The notes under the pieces are model-generated. The model saw only the letters and a program-made list of their open reading frames with translations, made no database searches and was not told the origin of the DNA. Below, one piece after another: positions 21,133-31,008 of a stretch of DNA of 64,000 nucleotides. This DNA is from Candidatus Woesebacteria bacterium (lineage in GTDB: Bacteria > Patescibacteriota > Microgenomatia > UBA1400 > UBA12108), in contig JAGOVG010000006.1 in NCBI GenBank assembly GCA_018060845.1, positions 3,502 through 67,501 of the forward strand, given 5' to 3'. The stretch's first letter is position 1. Each line of letters starts with the position of its first letter. A program made the translations under genes and the position numbers.

Positions 21133-21933
21133 ATGTTTCAAAAATTAAAACCCTACTCTAGAGTCTGGCTCAAGCTAACCACTCAGCAGTTTCAAAGTCA
21201 GATTAGTAACGCTCGTGGAGCCGCACTGCTTTTTATTGCCGGCAAACTATTCCGACTAAGCACAGCTTTCCTATTAGTTTACCTCGTGGTGGGCAGGGCC
21301 AAACTTATTAGCGGTTACAACCTAGAGCAGGCAATTCTAATACTATCGCTATTCAATTTTTTCTCCACTCTCACTCAGCTGTTTATGCGTGGCATCTATA
21401 TGTTCCGCCAAAAAGTAGTCGATGGTACCTTTGATTTTTACCTGCTCAACCCTCTGTCAGAGCTCTTCTATAGTCTCTTTAGCTTTACCGACCCCATGGA
21501 TCTACTTCTCATCATTCCGTACGGTGGGATTGTCGTCTGGGCCTGGCTCGGCGCTGGCTACGCGCTCACTCTCCCACTAGTTATCACGCTCATTGTTGCT
21601 TTAGTTATTGCTTTCGTTATGGCAATATCTTGGCACATTTTTATGCTCGGGATCGGTATTAGATATCTCGAAGTCGACAATACAATTATGCTCTATAGGG
21701 ACCTTGAGCGGCTTGCTGCTATGCCAGTCTCTATGTATGGCAAGTGGGGGGCAGGGGTTCTGACCTATCTTTTCCCCTTTGGGCTCATGGCAACAGTGCC
21801 AGCCAACATTATCTTTAATCTCTACAACCCAGCACTACTAGTCGGATTTGCATTGATCGCGCTTGTCCAGTTCAAACTCTCCCTAATCTATTGGAAAAAA
21901 TCACTTCTCACTTATAGCTCTGCCTCGTCCTAG
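21133..21933 (+). CDS. ABC-2 family permease (second subunit)
   Basis: Internal ATG (MFQKLKPY...) of ORF 21052..21933; polytopic. Confidence 0.65.
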   Translation: MFQKLKPYSRVWLKLTTQQFQSQISNARGAALLFIAGKLFRLSTAFLLVYLVVGRAKLISGYNLEQAILILSLFNFFSTLTQLFMRGIYMFRQKVVDGTFDFYLLNPLSELFYSLFSFTDPMDLLLIIPYGGIVVWAWLGAGYALTLPLVITLIVALVIAFVMAISWHIFMLGIGIRYLEVDNTIMLYRDLERLAAMPVSMYGKWGAGVLTYLFPFGLMATVPANIIFNLYNPALLVGFALIALVQFKLSLIYWKKSLLTYSSASS

Positions 21934-21953
21934 GTATATAATATTCCTCACCT

Positions 21954-22655
21954 ATGAGTTTATCTAGTAACGAAACAGAGCTAGTAACACTAATGAGTGG
22001 TCGAGGGAGCTTGTCTTATACGCCTGAAGAGGAAAAAAATCTCAGCAGTCTATTAGATTTAATGAAATGTAGGACAGAAATTTGCACTCTAATCCCAGGG
22101 TTAGATTTAAATGATACTAGTGGAAGGATAACTCTTATCTCAACCATGTCCCACCGACCAGATGCAGAGAAAAAACTTTGTGTTGCCAAAACTCACTTTA
22201 TTGCACCCCCTAACGAGACTATACCGACAAACAATTCTATTAACAATATTATAAACACATCTCTAGCAGGGGCAGAGCAAGTTGGTGGGATTGAAGCAAG
22301 GATGGCACTACGCAATTGGCGTGAAGCCGTGACAAGACTTGCAAAAGAAAAAGAACAGAGTCACATTGTAGTTTTTTCTTGTAATGCAACATCAATGAGT
22401 GATACGATAAATAATAATTTGCTACTCCTTGATGCAGGCGGACATCAAACTGACCTAAGAACTGCTGATCAGCTTTTTAAAGACACATACAAGTCATACC
22501 TTCTAATCCTTCACTTAAGAGAAGTGAGCGGATCATTGCCAACTCATATCGCTACAACTGTTACAACTTCAGCACCGATTATTGTATCTCAATCATCTGC
22601 TGAACAAATTGAGCCCATCAACATTATTAAAAGAGATACATTTCGAAAAACCTAA
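21954..22655 (+). CDS. Hypothetical protein (low-GC orphan between two ABC operons)
   Basis: 233 aa, Ser/Thr/Asn-rich, no recognisable motif; visibly AT-richer than its neighbours. Confidence 0.5.
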   Translation: MSLSSNETELVTLMSGRGSLSYTPEEEKNLSSLLDLMKCRTEICTLIPGLDLNDTSGRITLISTMSHRPDAEKKLCVAKTHFIAPPNETIPTNNSINNIINTSLAGAEQVGGIEARMALRNWREAVTRLAKEKEQSHIVVFSCNATSMSDTINNNLLLLDAGGHQTDLRTADQLFKDTYKSYLLILHLREVSGSLPTHIATTVTTSAPIIVSQSSAEQIEPINIIKRDTFRKT

Positions 22656-22691
22656 CTAATATTAATAGGTATCAACCGCTATATTATTCTA

Positions 22692-23600
22692 ATGTCAATA
22701 CTTGAGGTAAAAAATCTAACCAAGACATTTAAGAACTCGCCTATTATCAAGGGGATTAGTTTTGACATGGCCGAGGGGGAGATCCTCGGGATCTTAGGCC
22801 CCAACGGTGCTGGCAAAACCACAACCCTCCAGATGCTCTTAGGCATCCTAACGCCAACGAGCGGCAGTATTAGTATCTTTGGCAAAGATATACAAACACA
22901 CAAGTCGTCCATCCTCGAATCAGTCAATTTTTCATCAACTTATGTTGATATGCCATGGCGACTTAGCGTCAAAGAAAATTTGACCTGGTCCTCTTGGCTT
23001 TACCAGATTCCCGATCGTCGTCGACGACTCAAACAGGTCATGGAGCTCTTTCGTCTCGAAAAGCTCTGGAACATGCCAGTCGCCTCGCTCTCCGCAGGTC
23101 AAAAGACCCGGGTCAACCTGGCTCGGTCCATGGTTAACTACCCCCGGTTACTCCTCTTAGACGAACCAACCGCGAGCCTCGACCCAGAAGTAGCTAGTTA
23201 TATGAGAGAGTTTTTTGCCAAACAAAGAGAGACATTTAATAAAAGCATTATTCTAACCAGTCATAACATGGCCGAGGTAGAAGAGCTCTGTGATCGGGTC
23301 CTCATTCTCAAGGATGGCTTAATATTTGATATCGATACCCCAGCCAACCTAGCCAAAAAGATCGAGGACTGCTTCCTCAATCTCCGTGTCACCAAAAACA
23401 TGTCAAAATTGGGCGAGCTGCTTAGGCGTCGCAAACTAACCTCAAACACAACAGATGGAATAACGCGGATCGAACTAAAAGAGAAAATACTGCCACTATT
23501 TCTGTATGAACTAACCAAGCAAAATATTCAGTACAGTGAGATTAGCATTGATAAGCCTAATCTCGAAGATTACTTTATGAAAGTTGCCAAGGAAAAATAA
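22692..23600 (+). CDS. ABC transporter ATP-binding protein
   Basis: Walker A GPNGAGKTT; signature LSAGQKTR; Walker B LLLDEPT. Confidence 0.85.
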   Translation: MSILEVKNLTKTFKNSPIIKGISFDMAEGEILGILGPNGAGKTTTLQMLLGILTPTSGSISIFGKDIQTHKSSILESVNFSSTYVDMPWRLSVKENLTWSSWLYQIPDRRRRLKQVMELFRLEKLWNMPVASLSAGQKTRVNLARSMVNYPRLLLLDEPTASLDPEVASYMREFFAKQRETFNKSIILTSHNMAEVEELCDRVLILKDGLIFDIDTPANLAKKIEDCFLNLRVTKNMSKLGELLRRRKLTSNTTDGITRIELKEKILPLFLYELTKQNIQYSEISIDKPNLEDYFMKVAKEK

Positions 23601-23601
23601 T

Positions 23602-24387
23602 ATGAAAATGCACAGACTCTGGGGATTGTTCTTGCGGTACTACTATAACTTACTCAGGTCGTATGATCGCCTGACCGATATGTTCTTTTGGCCAGTTGTT
23701 GACCTACTCATGTGGGGACTAACCAGCCAATATTTAGTCAAAACTGGGGCGCTCGACAATACAGTGATCCTAGCTCTCTTAGGTGGCATCATGCTCTGGA
23801 TCTTCCCGTGGCGTGGACAGTACGAGATCACCGTGAGTCTGCTCGAAGACTTGTGGAATCGGAATCTGGTTAATCTCTTTGCAACACCAGTCAAGTTTAT
23901 GGAGTGGGTAGTTACGCTTTTACTCATTGGTGTGTTCAAAGCAATTGTTTCTTTTGGCTTTGCCAGTCTAGTTGCGATCTTACTCTATCAAACCAACATT
24001 TATACCTTAGGCATCAAGCTGCTGCCCTGGGCAGGACTACTCATAGTCTTTGGGTGGGTATTTGGTTTATTGGTCGCCGGCATCATTATGCGCTACGGTA
24101 CCAAGATCCAGACACTCGCTTGGACTGCCATCCACTTGGTCTCTCCATTTATCGGGGTCTATTACTCTATCGATACTCTGCCGAGCTGGGCTCAGACGGT
24201 ATCTCGTTTTGTGCCAGCGAGTTATGTTTTTGAGGCGATGCGCAGCGAGATCGCGGGCGTTGCTGTACCACTAAACAATCTACTTTTCCCGTTCGTCTTA
24301 TGTGTTATTTATCTGGCTCTAGCACTCTGGATCTTGACTCGGAGTTATCTCCATATCCTCAAGCGTGGATTGATCTCGGTAGAATAG
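23602..24387 (+). CDS. ABC-2 family permease
   Basis: ATG 2 nt after the ATPase stop; 6 TM helices. Confidence 0.7.
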   Translation: MKMHRLWGLFLRYYYNLLRSYDRLTDMFFWPVVDLLMWGLTSQYLVKTGALDNTVILALLGGIMLWIFPWRGQYEITVSLLEDLWNRNLVNLFATPVKFMEWVVTLLLIGVFKAIVSFGFASLVAILLYQTNIYTLGIKLLPWAGLLIVFGWVFGLLVAGIIMRYGTKIQTLAWTAIHLVSPFIGVYYSIDTLPSWAQTVSRFVPASYVFEAMRSEIAGVAVPLNNLLFPFVLCVIYLALALWILTRSYLHILKRGLISVE

Positions 24388-24388
24388 T

Positions 24389-25261
24389 ATGGACACTATT
24401 TATATAGTCGGAACAACAGGTAGCGGCAAGACTAAGCTCGCTCTCCGCTTAGCAGAATTGAGGGAGAGTGTTATCATTTCTGCCGATAGTCGTCAGGTAT
24501 ACAAGGGGATGGATATAGTCACAGGCAAAGACCACCCTCGTAATATCAAAATCCATGGAATCGATTTAGTAGATCCAAATGATGAGTGTTCAGTTAGTGT
24601 CTGGTATAAGCATGTAGCTCCTGTGATCAAGAACGCTCATGATGCCGGTCATCAAGTGATTGTAGTTGGGGGAACTGGTTTTTATGTAAGAGCGCTAACG
24701 CATGGTATCGAAACCATGTCGGTGCCAATCAACCCAGAGTTAAGGAGTCAGCTAGAGACACTGGGTGTGAGTGAGTTGCAAGAGATGTTAAAGAGTCTGG
24801 ATCCCGACCGCTTTGTACGCTTTAACCACTCAGACCAAAACAATCCGAGGCGTCTCATCCGCGCAATCGAAGTAGCTAAGTCAAGTGTTAGCGTGAGTCA
24901 AAATAGCGCACCAAATACCCAGACGATGATCGCACTACATTACGAAGATCTTAATATGCAAGAGCATGTAATTAGAGAGCGAGTTTTAGCCAGGTTAGCA
25001 GATGGAGCGGTGCTCGAAACTCAGGAACTATTAAAGAGTATCGATATAAATGCAAAAAGTCTAAGTGCTCTCGGCTACAGTGAGATCACAAAATATCTGC
25101 GCGGTGAGATTAGCGAGTCACAGCTGGTGGGTGAGTGGGTGAGAGCTGAGCTAAATTATGCCAAGAGGCAGCTCACATTTTTTCGCAAACAAAACGTGGT
25201 CTGGTATGATCGTGGTAGAATGAGTATAGAGGAGATATATGAGCAATACCTATCACGTTGA
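24389..25261 (+). CDS. miaA: tRNA dimethylallyltransferase
   Basis: GTTGSGKT P-loop; ISADSRQVYKGMDIVTGK motif. Confidence 0.85.
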   Translation: MDTIYIVGTTGSGKTKLALRLAELRESVIISADSRQVYKGMDIVTGKDHPRNIKIHGIDLVDPNDECSVSVWYKHVAPVIKNAHDAGHQVIVVGGTGFYVRALTHGIETMSVPINPELRSQLETLGVSELQEMLKSLDPDRFVRFNHSDQNNPRRLIRAIEVAKSSVSVSQNSAPNTQTMIALHYEDLNMQEHVIRERVLARLADGAVLETQELLKSIDINAKSLSALGYSEITKYLRGEISESQLVGEWVRAELNYAKRQLTFFRKQNVVWYDRGRMSIEEIYEQYLSR

Positions 25262-26216
25262 GATTACCCCCAAAAGTGTTTTTTATATTATTGGCACACT
25301 CCTATCTATCTATGTTACTTACCAACTCCGTAGTATCCTAGTGCTCGTTTTCGTGTCTTTTATTTTAATGACAGCGATCAATGCCTTGGTTAGATACACC
25401 CATAAGCTGCGTATTCCCGTCATCATTACGGTACTACTTGTATACATTGCTATTATCTCTCTCTTCACAACCCTAGTCGCATCGTTAGTCCCAGCAGTAG
25501 TATCGCAGACCACTGGGCTCACTCAGTCATTGCCGACCTATCTCCACAACCTAGAAGAGATCTTCAACGCTGATTTTGACACTAGCCTAACTGGCGAATA
25601 CTTTAGCTCCTTACCTAGTAACATTCTTAGGATCGCAACCGGCACTCTCGGCAATCTACTCAATGTCCTAGTAGTCTTCTTTATGACTTATTACCTAATA
25701 ATCGAGCGTCCTCATCTCCACCGTTATCTCCTTAGATTATTTGATAACAAAGATGCCGAGCAGCGCGCCGAGCGCCTCGTCCATGCGATCGAAGGACAGG
25801 TTGGCGGCTGGGTCAGAGGACAGTTGATCCTCATGGTTGTAATTGGCGTCATGACTTATATCGGCTTGCTCGCGCTAGGCATACCTTATGCTCTACCTCT
25901 AGCGACACTCGCCGCACTCCTAGAAGCTATCCCCAACCTGGGTCCTATCATCTCAGCCATCCCACCTATTATTATCGGTTTTTCAATCTCACCAGTAGTG
26001 GGCATGGGTGCAATCGCCTTAAATATCCTGATCCAGCAACTAGAGAATAATCTAATCGTCCCAAGAGTTATGCAGTCAGCTACGGGTACAGCCCCGCTCA
26101 TCACTATCCTAGTATTACTCTCTGGCTATACTCTAGGTGGGATAGTTGGTGCAATACTCGCCATGCCTATCTATTTGGTCTCAAAAACAGTTATAGCTGA
26201 GTTATCTATCAAATAA
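25239..26216 (+). CDS. AI-2E family transporter (PerM/UPF0118)
   Basis: 325 aa; 8 TM helices; typical AI-2E architecture. Confidence 0.6.
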   Translation: MSNTYHVEITPKSVFYIIGTLLSIYVTYQLRSILVLVFVSFILMTAINALVRYTHKLRIPVIITVLLVYIAIISLFTTLVASLVPAVVSQTTGLTQSLPTYLHNLEEIFNADFDTSLTGEYFSSLPSNILRIATGTLGNLLNVLVVFFMTYYLIIERPHLHRYLLRLFDNKDAEQRAERLVHAIEGQVGGWVRGQLILMVVIGVMTYIGLLALGIPYALPLATLAALLEAIPNLGPIISAIPPIIIGFSISPVVGMGAIALNILIQQLENNLIVPRVMQSATGTAPLITILVLLSGYTLGGIVGAILAMPIYLVSKTVIAELSIK

Positions 26217-26231
26217 TCACAGGAGGTATTT

Positions 26232-26924
26232 ATGGATTTTAATCTCTGGACGCGCAGTCTCAATATTGCCTGGGATCAGACGATGGGTTCATTAGTCGCA
26301 TATATCCCACGGGTAGTTTTTGCGATTCTGATCGCTATCTTGGGTGTAATGATTGGTAACTATGTCTCCAAACTCATAACCAAAGCTCTTCGTCTCGTAA
26401 AGTTTGACCAACTCGTAAGTGATAGCAAGTTCCAGCTTTTCCTCAAAAAAGCCGAGATTACGCATAAACTAGAAGATTTAATTGCAGCCGCATTTAAATG
26501 GATCATCGTGATCACTTTCTTTATCAGTGCCACGAGCATTGCAGGCCTAAGCTCAGTCGCTGTTGTCTTAACTGGAGTTCTAAGCTATGTGCCAAGCGTA
26601 GTCTCCGCGGTCCTAGTCCTAGCACTCGGTGTACTCTTAGCGGGACTAGTCGAGGGACTAGTCAAAGGATCTCTCTCATCAATCGATCTCAAGACCGCTC
26701 GCTTAATGGGTAAGGTTAGTAGTTACACCGTAGTGACTATCGCGATCCTCGCTGCACTCTCTGAGCTAAATATCGCAGCCAGCTTTATAAACATTTTGTT
26801 TATTGGATTTGTCTCTATGCTCTCGCTCGGGTTTGGGCTCGCAATAGGTCTAGGCGCCAAGGATCTGGTTAGCAAAATACTAGGCGAGTGGTATAAGCAG
26901 ATTCAAAAAGAACTCAAAGACTAA
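26232..26924 (+). CDS. Membrane protein with TM-helix repeats (MscS-like / conserved TM helix family)
   Basis: 230 aa; 4-5 TM helices separated by short amphipathic segments. Confidence 0.4.
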   Translation: MDFNLWTRSLNIAWDQTMGSLVAYIPRVVFAILIAILGVMIGNYVSKLITKALRLVKFDQLVSDSKFQLFLKKAEITHKLEDLIAAAFKWIIVITFFISATSIAGLSSVAVVLTGVLSYVPSVVSAVLVLALGVLLAGLVEGLVKGSLSSIDLKTARLMGKVSSYTVVTIAILAALSELNIAASFINILFIGFVSMLSLGFGLAIGLGAKDLVSKILGEWYKQIQKELKD

Positions 26925-26930
26925 AGTCCT

Positions 26931-27710
26931 ATGACTGCATTAGTTAGTGTGATACTGGGGATAGTCGAGGGCTTAACCGAATTTATCCCTGTCTCCTCAA
27001 CCTTTCACTTAATCGCTGCCTCCCGCTTAATGGGTCTACCTCAATCAGATTTCCTCAAGCTATTTGAGGTAGTTATTCAATCAGGCGCCATCCTCTCTAT
27101 TTTGTGGCTCTACAAAGACAAGCTTCTTGGTAATCGAGCGCTCCAGACCAAACTAGCTTATTCATTTATTCCAACAGCCGTAATCGGCATGATCCTCTAC
27201 AAAATAATCAAAGGCTATTTCTTTGAAAACATCATTCTGCAGCTTAGCATGTTTGGTCTCGTCGGCCTGATCTTTTTAGGGTTAGAGTGGTACCTGGCTA
27301 AAAAGAAAATAAATCTTAAGAAAAATCTTGGCGACATCAGTATTAACCATGCATTGTTGATCGGCCTATTTCAGGTATTCTCAGTGATCCCCGGCGTCTC
27401 TCGCTCCGGCTCGATCCTACTAGGGATGCTAGTCCTCGGTTACTCTCGCACTAGTGCTGCCGAGTACGCCTTTATGCTCTCTCTCCCGACTATTCTGGCT
27501 GCTACAGGTTTAGATGTGTATCAAAATATGGAATTACTAAGATCTATCACTCCCGACCAAGTGGTTTATTTACTACTAGGTACAGTGAGCGCCTTTCTCT
27601 CGGCGCTCTGGGTCATGAAATGGCTAATTAATTATCTTAGTTCCCACTCACTGGTAGTATTTGGTTACTACCGAGTCTTTGCTGTAATAGTGCTTTATTA
27701 CCTACTTTAG
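26931..27710 (+). CDS. uppP: Undecaprenyl-diphosphatase
   Basis: GIVEGLTEFIPVSST and PGVSRSG motifs of BacA/UppP. Confidence 0.85.
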   Translation: MTALVSVILGIVEGLTEFIPVSSTFHLIAASRLMGLPQSDFLKLFEVVIQSGAILSILWLYKDKLLGNRALQTKLAYSFIPTAVIGMILYKIIKGYFFENIILQLSMFGLVGLIFLGLEWYLAKKKINLKKNLGDISINHALLIGLFQVFSVIPGVSRSGSILLGMLVLGYSRTSAAEYAFMLSLPTILAATGLDVYQNMELLRSITPDQVVYLLLGTVSAFLSALWVMKWLINYLSSHSLVVFGYYRVFAVIVLYYLL

Positions 27711-28546
27711 GGTAATACTTTCATCGATAGTGGATCTGCATAGATGGGTAGGGGAGCACCGCTCGCACCATACAGCTCTACTCTAACTAGATCGATTGCG
27801 CCGATTCCTGGGTGAGAGATAGTGAAGACGGGTTGTTGAGAAGAATTGCCATTATTATTAAAGCGGATCTGCATCTTTTTACCTAGGGCATCAGCGCCAG
27901 GGGTTTGACTCTCTATTGTCGTACTACCAACAGCAGTAACTACTAGTGGTTCAGATACATATCCTATCTCTACCATCCCACTAGAGTACGAGGATGATCC
28001 AGTTACACCAAACTGTGCTTCGTTGGCACTCACCCTTGCGAGCCCTACTTTGGTACTAGATATATCATCATAGATTAGTAGGTTGCCGTCCCACGCTGCC
28101 TCTTGTCCATTTACCGATACCCAGACTCTCCCACTACGCGCACTCTCTGGGATCTTAACTTCGATTATACTGTTACTCCATCTAACCAGAGCTTCTTCTT
28201 CTGCCTGGACATTGCCCACATACACCGAGCTACCCCATTGGTAGTCACCAAAGTTGTTGCCGATAAGTACCACTGTGTCACCTGTTTTGCCAAAGAACAT
28301 GCTCACTCGATCGAGCCTAGGTGCTTCGACCGGATATGATGGGGGTGGAGTCACAGCTGGAACCTCGATCTCACCCGCTGCTCCAGATCTATTTTCTGTA
28401 TCTTGTTGGGCTAAGTTAACTGATAGGGGGATTATGAGGATCAAGAATAGTCCCACATTAAATGTCAGGACTCTCTTCCAGGATAGTGTTCGATTGATTC
28501 GATCGTAGATGTTTTCTGTCATAGAGTTCCTATCATTATAGCTCAC
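27707..28546 (-). CDS. Membrane-anchored surface protein with IPT/TIG-like beta-sandwich domain
   Basis: N-terminal TM anchor; GDTVVLIGNNFG...VYVGN...IEVKIP pattern typical of TIG domains. Confidence 0.5.
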   Translation of the reverse strand: MSYNDRNSMTENIYDRINRTLSWKRVLTFNVGLFLILIIPLSVNLAQQDTENRSGAAGEIEVPAVTPPPSYPVEAPRLDRVSMFFGKTGDTVVLIGNNFGDYQWGSSVYVGNVQAEEEALVRWSNSIIEVKIPESARSGRVWVSVNGQEAAWDGNLLIYDDISSTKVGLARVSANEAQFGVTGSSSYSSGMVEIGYVSEPLVVTAVGSTTIESQTPGADALGKKMQIRFNNNGNSSQQPVFTISHPGIGAIDLVRVELYGASGAPLPIYADPLSMKVLP

Positions 28547-28555
28547 TTAGTAGCA

Positions 28556-29152
28556 TTAACTAGATTTGCCTTTAATAGTAATAACGCGGTTTTCATGGTC
28601 AAAGTTGATCGTAAAGTCGTCAAAGAGTCCTTTTCTGCCTAGGATATAAGTAGTAGCGTTGGATTCGGTAAATGTAGCCGGGAACTCAAAATCTACCCCA
28701 CCTATCTGTACTATTATCCGGTCCATATAAGCAAATGCTGGCACACCCGAGAAGCCTTGTAGTGTTATGCGCTTCGCTCGTGCCAGGTCTACTCCTGTGT
28801 CATGAGCAGCTTGAAGAGGCAGGGTCGAGACGACTGCCCCTGAGTCCAGTAAAAAAGTGGTGTCGACGTATCCAGAAGTAGTCTTGAGGGGCATCGTAAT
28901 TTTGGGTTCCTGGACAAATCCAAAGTTCTCATAAAGCGTGTTCTTGTATGGCACTTTAAACTCTATTACCCCAAAGTTGTTAGAAACAGATACCTGGTTA
29001 ACTCCGCCACCGCCTAGGTTACGAATGAGCAATATCCCGCCTATTATCACAGCAAATCCAAATAGTGAGGCAACTTTTAGTAAAGCGCTCCATTTAGCGC
29101 TCGAATCTGTCGTGCTCTCGCTGGTGTGGGGATCATAACTAACTAACGCCAT
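28556..29152 (-). CDS. Membrane-anchored retropepsin-like (clan AA) aspartic protease
   Basis: TM helix then FLLDSGA catalytic motif and GR/KG flap; 10 nt upstream of the TIG-domain gene. Confidence 0.65.
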   Translation of the reverse strand: MALVSYDPHTSESTTDSSAKWSALLKVASLFGFAVIIGGILLIRNLGGGGVNQVSVSNNFGVIEFKVPYKNTLYENFGFVQEPKITMPLKTTSGYVDTTFLLDSGAVVSTLPLQAAHDTGVDLARAKRITLQGFSGVPAFAYMDRIIVQIGGVDFEFPATFTESNATTYILGRKGLFDDFTINFDHENRVITIKGKSS

Positions 29153-29175
29153 AGCTTCATGCTATCATACATTTT

Positions 29176-29637
29176 ATGACTCTGTCTCCCGAAATAATAA
29201 TTGTACTTTCAATACTGGGCTTTAACCTGGTTTTCACTTTCGTAATCTTTTTTACTCTCAGGCGCATGACTAGGCACTACGCTACTCTGACAAACGGGGT
29301 AGAGCCCAAAAATCTCATCAAAGCTCTCGAGGGGATTCAAAAGACCCTGAGTGAACACGAGAGGGGCAATGCAATCACCAAAAAAGAACTCGCGTCTTTG
29401 GAGTCAAAAATCAAGACTCATCTCCAGACCCTAACCCTCAAGCGATTTAACCCATTTGGTGATACCGGTGGGGACCAGAGCTTTCTCCTGGCTATCTTAG
29501 ACGGCAACAAAGATGGTATAGTCATAACATCATTGCATAGTAGAGAAAATACACGTTTCTATGTAAAATCAGTAAAGGGAGGTGTGGGACTAGACCATCC
29601 ACTCTCAACTGACGAGCAAAAGATTATCAAGCGTTAA
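29176..29637 (+). CDS. DUF4446 family protein
   Basis: N-terminal TM helix; conserved RFNPFGDTGGDQSF and ILDGNKDGIVITSLH motifs. Confidence 0.6.
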   Translation: MTLSPEIIIVLSILGFNLVFTFVIFFTLRRMTRHYATLTNGVEPKNLIKALEGIQKTLSEHERGNAITKKELASLESKIKTHLQTLTLKRFNPFGDTGGDQSFLLAILDGNKDGIVITSLHSRENTRFYVKSVKGGVGLDHPLSTDEQKIIKR

Positions 29638-29649
29638 GGACACATATTT

Positions 29650-30876
29650 ATGAAAAACCCAATACTCAAATCACTATTAATTGCGCTTGTTGCTTTTGGT
29701 ATGTCAACCGGCGTCAGTTATGGTATGACCCTCTATCTTTATACCCCAGACTCTGCAGGACCTATCTCACCCATTACTACTCCAACGGCGGGTGGTGGCT
29801 TAAACATTGATCCCGCAGCTCCTCGCACAGCCGAATGTCCCATAAACGGAGCTATGTACACGACAGCCGAACAAAAGATCTGGGAGACTAGAAGACCACT
29901 CTTTGTGATGATCGAAAACTCAGTCGATGCTAGACCTCAGTCAGGTCTCGGTAGCGCTGATATCGTCTACGAAGCCGTGGCCGAGGGTGGTATTACCCGT
30001 TTTGGCGCAGTCTATTTGTGTGGAGTCGCAAAGGCTGACACTATAGTCGGCCCAGTGCGCTCAGCCCGTACTACTTTTGTTAATCTCTCTTCAGAATATA
30101 ACTACCCACTCTACGCTCACGTTGGCGGCGCCAACTGTAGTAGTGCCGACGGTGGTAAGACTTGTACATCTCACAAGAGTGTCCAAGCTCTAGAGCAGCT
30201 AGCCTCTTATGGTTGGGTAGGCAGGACCGGCAATGACCTCAATCAGTTTAGTATCGGCTTCCCCACCTTCTGGCGCGACTATGAGCGAATGGGTAGGACA
30301 GTAGCCACCGAGCACACTATGTATAGTAGTACCGACAAGCTCTGGAAATACGCCGCAGCCACTCGTGGCTGGACCAACATGGCTCCCAAGGACTTGATGC
30401 CTAAGAACGCCAAGCTAGACTGGAAAGATAGCTTTACCAAATTTAGCTGGAAAGATGATGCCGAAGAATCAGCTCGTGGCGATGTCTCCAAAATCACTTT
30501 CGGTTTCTGGGAGAGCTACCACGACTTTGATGTTACCTGGGATTACAACAAGACGACCAACATGTACGCTCGTACCAATGGGGACACCGCACACAAAGAT
30601 CGTAACGACGACAAACAGTTTAGTGCCAAAGCAGTGCTCGTGCAGTTTACTAAGGAGCTCGGTCCTCTCGATGACCACAAGCACATGCTCTACGAAGTAA
30701 TCGGTAGCGGCGAGGGTATCCTCTTCCAAGATGGCACAGCAACAGAAATCACCTGGAGCAAAAAAGATCGCGAGAGCCGAACCATGTTTAAAGACAGCAA
30801 AGGCAAGGCAATCTCCTTTAACAGAGGGACTCTCTGGGTAGAGATCTTGCCAACCGACAATACCGTCACATATTAA
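29650..30876 (+). CDS. DUF3048 domain lipoprotein-like protein (YerB-like)
   Basis: Signal peptide; RPLFVMIENSVDARPQSGL...IVYEAVAEGGITRF characteristic of DUF3048. Confidence 0.6.
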   Translation: MKNPILKSLLIALVAFGMSTGVSYGMTLYLYTPDSAGPISPITTPTAGGGLNIDPAAPRTAECPINGAMYTTAEQKIWETRRPLFVMIENSVDARPQSGLGSADIVYEAVAEGGITRFGAVYLCGVAKADTIVGPVRSARTTFVNLSSEYNYPLYAHVGGANCSSADGGKTCTSHKSVQALEQLASYGWVGRTGNDLNQFSIGFPTFWRDYERMGRTVATEHTMYSSTDKLWKYAAATRGWTNMAPKDLMPKNAKLDWKDSFTKFSWKDDAEESARGDVSKITFGFWESYHDFDVTWDYNKTTNMYARTNGDTAHKDRNDDKQFSAKAVLVQFTKELGPLDDHKHMLYEVIGSGEGILFQDGTATEITWSKKDRESRTMFKDSKGKAISFNRGTLWVEILPTDNTVTY

Positions 30877-30886
30877 GAATCCCGTA

Positions 30887-30910
30887 GGGGCGGACCCCCG
30901 TGTCCGCCCA
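30887..30910 (+). terminator. GC-rich hairpin (gggcggac/gtccgccc) after the DUF3048 gene
   Basis: Perfect 8-bp inverted repeat; no strong T-run. Confidence 0.35.
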
Positions 30911-31008
30911 CATCTCACATCGTTCGATCCATTTTGTTGTATTGCATATCGATCACCATTTTTGTACGATAAAAGAGTAATATCGTTGTACATATAAAGG
31001 ATTAATTT

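Noticed and set aside
30469-30993. 174-aa minus-strand ORF antisense to the DUF3048 gene
   Set aside because: Fully overlapped by a longer plus-strand ORF with a conserved DUF3048 signature.
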